This document shows positions 57,854 to 64,000 of a DNA stretch of 64,000 nucleotides, piece by piece. The notes below the pieces were generated by a model. It worked only from the letters and a program-made list of their open reading frames with translations, searched no databases and was not told the origin of the DNA. A program made the translations under genes and the position numbers. Position 1 is the first letter of the stretch. Each line of letters opens with the position of its first letter. The DNA comes from an uncultured Verrucomicrobiae bacterium (GTDB lineage Bacteria > Verrucomicrobiota > Verrucomicrobiia > Limisphaerales > Palsa-1400). The DNA is taken from NCBI GenBank assembly GCA_963707025.1, contig CAVPOM010000004.1, forward strand, positions 480,001-544,000. The letters are read 5' to 3'.

Positions 57854-60800
57854 TTATTGGGCTTGGGGTGTAAACTGCTGAACCGGCGCGGCCAGATTGA
57901 CCATCAATACCGCCACGTTCGGAATCGGGAAATCATTTCCAACCAACTTTCCATTCTGCACTTCGGCGACAAGCCAGGGGCCTGATTGGCCATCGAGCAT
58001 GCGCACCGAGAGGGCATTGTCCAGCCCGAGCTGGCGCAGAAGCTGGAAGGCGCTGTATGAATCCGGGAAGCCGGTGTAGCCGAAGACGCTGGCGCCGGCG
58101 GACAGGTTCAGGGGAGAAGTATTGTTGACGCCCAGATCGAGCACTTGATCGCTGTTAAACTTCACCCAAAGGAACGTGCCGGCAACCAGGGTGAAATCGG
58201 GGCCGGAGGGCGCTCCGTTGATCCAACTGGCGGTCTGACTGGTCACCTGGGGCACGAGGGAAGTGTATTCGGTAATGGATTGCACGCCGCTGCCCGCCCA
58301 CAGCGAGAGCAGGTTGTAGGCATTCTGCCCGTAGGCCGCCATGGCGGGCGTCACCGCCACCACGTTGCGATTCTGAAACACCGGTTGCAAGGCCGGCAGG
58401 GCTGCCGCCACAACGCGGGACTGGGCGGAAATCGTTTCCAGCCAAACGGCCCGGCCGTCGGCCAGGCTTGGCAGGGCCTTGAGCGTGGACGTCCGCGTCA
58501 CGGGCACCACCACCAGGCTCGGCAGATGAACCAAACGCGCATTGCCGGTTTGCGGTCCCAGGGAATTCTCCGAACAGACCAGCCAGGGGCCGTTGAGGAA
58601 GGGCTGGAATTCATCTTCCGGAGTGCTGGTGATCTGAATCTCGCGATTGCGCAGCAGGTCAAATCCGTAAATATCCAATTCCACATTCCGGTTGTCCTGC
58701 CAGACAATCCAGTTGTCATAAATGGCCGGATGCAGTTGCGCGAAGATATTCGTCGTAATCCGTCTGACCACGCCGCTTTGCAGGTCGGAGAAATAGATTT
58801 CGCCGGGGCCTTGGTCCCGGAAATCCTGCCACACCACCCGGGCAGCCTGCACATCGGCATCAACCTCATCCTGGGTGGATGGGGAAACGGCGAAGGTTTG
58901 TGAGGAGAGCATGTTGCGGGCAAAGACCTGCCAGGCAGCGCCGGTGTTGCCGGTGGCGCGGGCTTGGTACACCACCCACGGCCAATGGACGGCCGGGTTC
59001 ACCTCGTCCAAGGCCGTGGTGCTGGTGACCGCCTGGGGTCCGGTGTTTCCGTTCAAGTCGGCGAGGTAAACATCCCAGTTCCCGTTGGCTTGCTGCGCCT
59101 GCCAGACCACATAACGGCCGTCGGTGCGCGGGTTCTGCTGGATGGTTGAGGCATGTGTCACTGGGATGATGGAATTATTGGCAGCGGTGATGTCCTGCGC
59201 GTAAATATCGGAGTTGCCATCACTCTGGTCCTGCCACACCACCCAACGGCCCCGGGCGTAAGGATTCTGGGGGCCGCGCGGAAAATCGGCCACGACCTGA
59301 TTTGTGCCCGAAAAGGCGCCAATTTGCGCCAAACTCACAGCAAAATTGGTGTTGCCCAAACCATCACTCAAAGCAATCCGCACGGTGTACCAACCCGGCG
59401 GTTCGATCACACCCGCGTCATTGCGCCCGTCCCAGTTAAAGGAAGTGGTTTTGCCGGCGACGTTCGTGAAGGCCACGCTGCGAACCGCAGGCAGGGAACT
59501 CATGTCGAAACCGTAGAGGGGGTTGATGACCCAGGACACGGTGGTCGGGTTGTTGGTTGGCTGGTAAACCCCGCCGACCTCGCCGAGGACGCCCACGATC
59601 TGCGGTGTGGCGGCTAGGTTGGTCAGAACAACGGGGCTGGCCACACTGGCCGGAGCACGATAATACCCGTTGTTGATGGTCCATTGGTAATTGGTTACGC
59701 CTGCGCCGGCCACCGTCAATTGCGCCGATCCCGCCGCGGCAGGAGTGGCGGGCGTGCCGGTGATGGTCGTCGTCGGCGCCGCCGGATCAACCACCCACCC
59801 AACCGTCACCGCGCTGCTTGGATCCAGATAGGCGCCATATTGGGAACGGCCCAGGACGGAAAGGGTGCTGGCGCCCTGAGGCAGACCGGACAAAGTCAAA
59901 GGAGAACTGACCGGGAACTCAGCACTCCAGGCGTTCGCGTTCAACTGGTATATATAGAAATCTACATTCTGACCGCCAACGGTTATTGAGGCGGCGGCGC
60001 TCGCCGTGGGCGAAGAAGGCGCATTGGACAAGGTGACCCAGCCGACGACTCCCTGGAAAACATCAAGTTGGGCATTAATGGCGGTCGGGCTGGAAGAGAC
60101 GTGGAAATTGATCGGGGTCGTTCCCGGACGGATGGACAAGGCTCCGCCGGGATTATACATGGGCGTTGCGGGGATGCTCACCGAGTCAAAACCCAACGAA
60201 CCCGGCCCGGGCAGGATCAGTGTCACATTGTGGTTGGTCTCCTGGTTGCCGCTGGTATCCACCGAATAGAAACTCAGTTGATAGGTTCCCGGATTGCTCA
60301 GGCTGAATGGGAGAGCCAGCCCGAAAGGCGCGCCGTTAAGGCTGTCAAGATTTGTCACCGGACTGGCATCCTGCGTGAGGAAGTACATTTGTGTCGCCCG
60401 GCGTGACGTAATAAACGCCATTGGTGAAGGTGGAGGGTCCGGCAAACATCAGCGTGGTGACCGGGGCGTTGGTGTTGGGCGGAGGGTTTGTGTAAGTGAC
60501 AGCGTAGGTGTAGTTGCCAAGGTTGACGAAGTCGAGAATGTTCAAATAAGTGTCCTTGAAATTGGATCCCGGCTCGTAATGAAGACTGGTCCAATAATTG
60601 TTCGTGTTCAGGACCTTGCCGTCCGAACGCACGATGCTGGCGATGGGCAGTTTGGCCTGGCCCGGATCATTGAGCCGCATATAGCCCCAGTTGGCAATGG
60701 TGGCCGTCAGATTCACCTGGTAAGGGTTGGCCGAACCCGAAACGGTGGCATTGCTCAGGACGTTCACCGGGTAAACGCCGCCATCACTCTCATAAAGCGA

Positions 60801-61841
60801 ATCGGGAATCAAATTGTTGATGGAATCAAGGGCGCCGGAGGTGTCGGCCAGGAAGTCCCGGATGTTGTCGCGGCCCGGCAGGTCGTCCAGGACCTCGTGC
60901 AAAAAGAGATAAGCGTCAACCGATTTGATGAGGGAGGTTTCCGCGCCGCCCAACGCGCTGGAGTGGGTGTAAGTGGCGCTGACGGATAGGAACGTGCCGG
61001 AGAGAGTGCAAATCATGTCCCAGGCGCCCTTGGTCGTCTGACCGGGTTGCAGATTCCCCAGGTTTACGGTCAGGTTGCCGTTGGCCAGAGGGGAATCGTT
61101 TACGCGCGAACCCAGCAGTTGCGCAACCAGGATCAGATTCTGGACATTGGAAACAATCTTGGGCTGCTGTGAATTAATGATCACGTTGTTAGCCACGCCA
61201 TAGCCGACGTTCTGCACCAGAACGCCAAAGGTGAAGGGAATCGGGCTGCCCAATCCTGTAAACGGATCCATGCCGGTGACATCCCTGGGCTGGAAGTAGG
61301 TGATCTGCAACTGGGCATCGGGAGCGACGGTAATGGGAGCGGGAATCACCAGAAGCGAGGAGGAGGGGATGACCACACCGTTGATCTTGCCGCTCAAGGT
61401 GGCGCCAATTTTGTAACGCACCCCGGCGGGAGAGGTTCCCCCGGCCGACGTGGCGGGAATGAGGAACCAGCCGATCTGGGCGGTCTGCCCCGGCATGATC
61501 ACCCCGCTGCCGTTGACATCCGAAATGTTCTGCAAGGTGGGCGGCTGGACAAAAAAGTTGGAGGAGGAATCGTTGACCGTTCCATTGGTGGAGAGGGCCG
61601 GGTTTTCGAACGTCAAATTGGCGTGAAAATCGGTGATCGGATTGTTCGGGTCGTTGTCCGTGATTTGCAGGGTGGCTTGAAAACCGATCCGCTCAAGCGT
61701 CAACTGCTGCGAGAGCACGATCTGGACTTGGGCGCAAAGCCCCTGTTGCTGCTCCTGGCCGAAGGCAATCCCGTGGACGCACACCAGGCAGATGACGCCC
61801 AGCCAGCCAGCCAGGAATCGCAAGCGAAGAGGCGTTTTCAT
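57854..61841 (-). CDS. Large secreted protein (Ig-like, FlgD-like, beta-propeller), frameshift near 60395
   Basis: Signal MKTPLRLRF... in ORF 60345..61904; FNWDGRND.G....GWYTVRI and VVWQD..DIY repeats in ORF 57854..60445. Confidence 0.75.
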
Positions 61842-64000
61842 TTCCCCACCTCCGGTGTTTTGCTGGCGCTGCTGACGGCCGTGGCGGGCAGGGTTTGGCC
61901 GCACAGGTCATGCACCAGCACGTCATTGGCGTAGAACGAAGTATCCCAGCCAAGCCTCAAGGTGTAAACCTTCATGCTTTGGTCCATCGGCAGATTGGCG
62001 GCGACGCGCACGCGTTCGCCCTGGGAATTAAAGAGCCAGTCGCCCGGTTGCAGGCGGGAAACCGCGGTCCAGCCCCTGCCATCCACCCAGAAGAGATGCT
62101 CGGCCGTGGCCTCCACGCTGCGCGCCGCCGCGCCGTTGACGCCCGAGAGGCGGATTTCATGCACGTTCGCAGATTGCAGTGAGTAATTATTCACCACCAC
62201 CGCGATGTTATCCGTCCGTTCGCCGCTGCGGACGCGATCATTGGGGCGGATGCCGGCAATAGGTTTCCATGAGCCGTCGGCCATCAAGACCTCCGTATCC
62301 GCCGCGAAACAGCCATTGCCGGTGGGCTGGAAAGCCTGGTTGGACTGCTGCGGATCGGGCGCGGGACTAACCCCGCTAACACCGGGAACGCCTCCCACAT
62401 TGGAAAGGAGGGTCCCGATGATGCATCCGATGTAACTTGCGACAGCGGACGGGGCTGCAGTAACTATGTCCGCCACGCCTTCGGCAAATTGGACCGTGGA
62501 CATGGCAATGGCGGCGGCGCCCGCCAAGGCGATCAGGGTATTGTCCTTTTGACAGCGGCCCTCGGCGTTGGCAATGGCGTTGAGGCCTTCAATGAAGTCC
62601 CCGATGCCGCCGAGGAATCCGCCCAAGTCAGGCAGGCAACCGGCCAAAACATCTCCAGCACCCTGCTGGGTTTGGCCATTGGGGCCCCAATAGGTGACCG
62701 TGAAGGGAACATCCACAGACTGTTGCGGGAGCAGGACGGGCATGTAGGTGATGAGCGGCAGGTAGCTTGCCAAATTGTCCTGCGAGCCTTTGATGTTGAC
62801 GTTTTCCATCTGAATAAGCCCCTGGTTGCCCACCGTCACATTGTAGTTGGCCTGGAAACCCGGGGTAACATTATTGAACCGCATGAAAGGAGGCGCGACT
62901 GTCAATACGGGAACCGGCACGAAGGTCTCATAAGTCTCGGTGACAGAGATGTCGTAGGTGTCCGAGAAAGGCACCGGGACGACGGTGAAGTTGACCGTGA
63001 CCAGGCTCCGATTGAGCCGCGCATGCTGGTAACCTGTCTGGTCGGCCACGATGGTCATCGGTCCCGAGCTGGCGGAACAGCCGGGCGCCGAGGCCTGCCA
63101 GCTCCACGCCCCTTCTTCCAGGTTAGTGATGGTGACCAAGCCATTGGTGTCCGTGTAATACGGCCCCAAATCCGCCTGGAGCAAGTCATTGTGCAGGCGG
63201 ATGGCCGCCCCCACCAGCGTGGTGCCGACGATGTCGTCCACATAAAACTGCATTCCACCGGTCAGGCTGGAAGTCACGATGGCATAAACACCCGCCGGGA
63301 ATGGCTGGTTGAGATTTGTTCCCTGAACCAGGATGCTGTCAGAGTAGAAGGCCAGCGGTGTGCCCGATGGCGGAGTGAAAACCACGGTGAGGCTGTTGGA
63401 CTGTCCCTGTGGCAAATCCGGAAGATGGATGGTTCCATCGGGCGCGACCGCCAAGTTGAGCTGCATCCAGGAATTGGTCGGCGGCGTCAGGGTGACACCT
63501 TTGAGGTCAGTCAAGCCGTTGTTGGCTATAATGATCTGGCCGCTCTTCTGGTCACCCCGGTTGACGCTGACCTCCAAGTAGCCTTGCGCCGGTGTCGTGA
63601 CGGCCAGGACCGGAACCGCCGGGAAGAGCGTGACCGTGCCGGTGAAGGTGGCCAAGGCTCCTTCGGCGGAGGTGAAGGCAAAGGCAATTTGCGCGGTGTC
63701 CGGCGCGTCAATGGCCGCCGCCATCTGCAAGTTGATGGTCTGGTTTTGCCCCGGCAGGACCATGAAGCCCCCCGCGGTGAGGTTGGTTCCGGTGACTTTG
63801 TCCAGAGGAACCTGGGTTGTGCCGGACAGCGTATAGGCGCTGAAGCTGCAGGTAAATCCGGTCAGCGGAACATCGCCGGGGTTGACCAAGGCAATGGAAA
63901 AGTTCAACGTGCCGTTCTTGGACATCTTGATGTCGCCTTGGGCGGGATTGGAGTAAACCCGGAAAATAAAGATTTGCGCCTGGTTGAGTTGGTCCACGAC
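61838..64000 (-). CDS. Large secreted protein with C-terminal Hint domain (5' end outside window)
   Basis: GCFAADTEVLMADGSWKPI...ATAEHLFWVDGRGW...LQPGDWL...VYTL......FYANDVLVHD; ATGA overlap with the next gene. Confidence 0.88.
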   Translation of the reverse strand, partial: VVDQLNQAQIFIFRVYSNPAQGDIKMSKNGTLNFSIALVNPGDVPLTGFTCSFSAYTLSGTTQVPLDKVTGTNLTAGGFMVLPGQNQTINLQMAAAIDAPDTAQIAFAFTSAEGALATFTGTVTLFPAVPVLAVTTPAQGYLEVSVNRGDQKSGQIIIANNGLTDLKGVTLTPPTNSWMQLNLAVAPDGTIHLPDLPQGQSNSLTVVFTPPSGTPLAFYSDSILVQGTNLNQPFPAGVYAIVTSSLTGGMQFYVDDIVGTTLVGAAIRLHNDLLQADLGPYYTDTNGLVTITNLEEGAWSWQASAPGCSASSGPMTIVADQTGYQHARLNRSLVTVNFTVVPVPFSDTYDISVTETYETFVPVPVLTVAPPFMRFNNVTPGFQANYNVTVGNQGLIQMENVNIKGSQDNLASYLPLITYMPVLLPQQSVDVPFTVTYWGPNGQTQQGAGDVLAGCLPDLGGFLGGIGDFIEGLNAIANAEGRCQKDNTLIALAGAAAIAMSTVQFAEGVADIVTAAPSAVASYIGCIIGTLLSNVGGVPGVSGVSPAPDPQQSNQAFQPTGNGCFAADTEVLMADGSWKPIAGIRPNDRVRSGERTDNIAVVVNNYSLQSANVHEIRLSGVNGAAARSVEATAEHLFWVDGRGWTAVSRLQPGDWLFNSQGERVRVAANLPMDQSMKVYTLRLGWDTSFYANDVLVHDLCGQTLPATAVSSASKTPEVGK

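Overview
High-GC bacterial window, most likely Verrucomicrobiota (Pedosphaerales/Limisphaerales-like). This is inferred from GloVer repeats, a prepilin H-X9-DG protein and recurrent ...FYR C-terminal domains. Many genes carry single-base indels, consistent with an unpolished long-read assembly. Ordinary content: carbohydrate-active enzymes (3 GH2, GH28, CE15, two large putative TIM-barrel glycosidases, GH78 remnants), glnA, a PfkB kinase, an amidohydrolase, a B12 radical SAM enzyme and M23/M61/S8 peptidases. Highlights: (1) an ~850-nt stretch at ~2990-3855 (minus strand) with no credible ORF that looks like a large structured non-coding RNA, with at least six GNRA-capped hairpins, G-U pairs favouring the minus strand, a boxA-like leader, its own terminator and DnaA-box-like sites upstream; (2) an 8.5-kb island bounded by a 41-bp direct repeat of a tRNA-Gly 3' end, carrying an ECF sigma factor, a Ser/Thr kinase and three copies of an ECF-type promoter motif; (3) a sigma54 regulon in which two promoters share near-identical enhancer geometry; (4) a >10-kb secreted-protein operon headed by a Hint-domain protein ending HD instead of HN; (5) a degraded IS3-family element with a 3-bp target duplication splitting a lipoprotein gene; (6) several dispersed REP/MITE-like repeats. 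All family assignments come from motif recognition by eye, not database searches.
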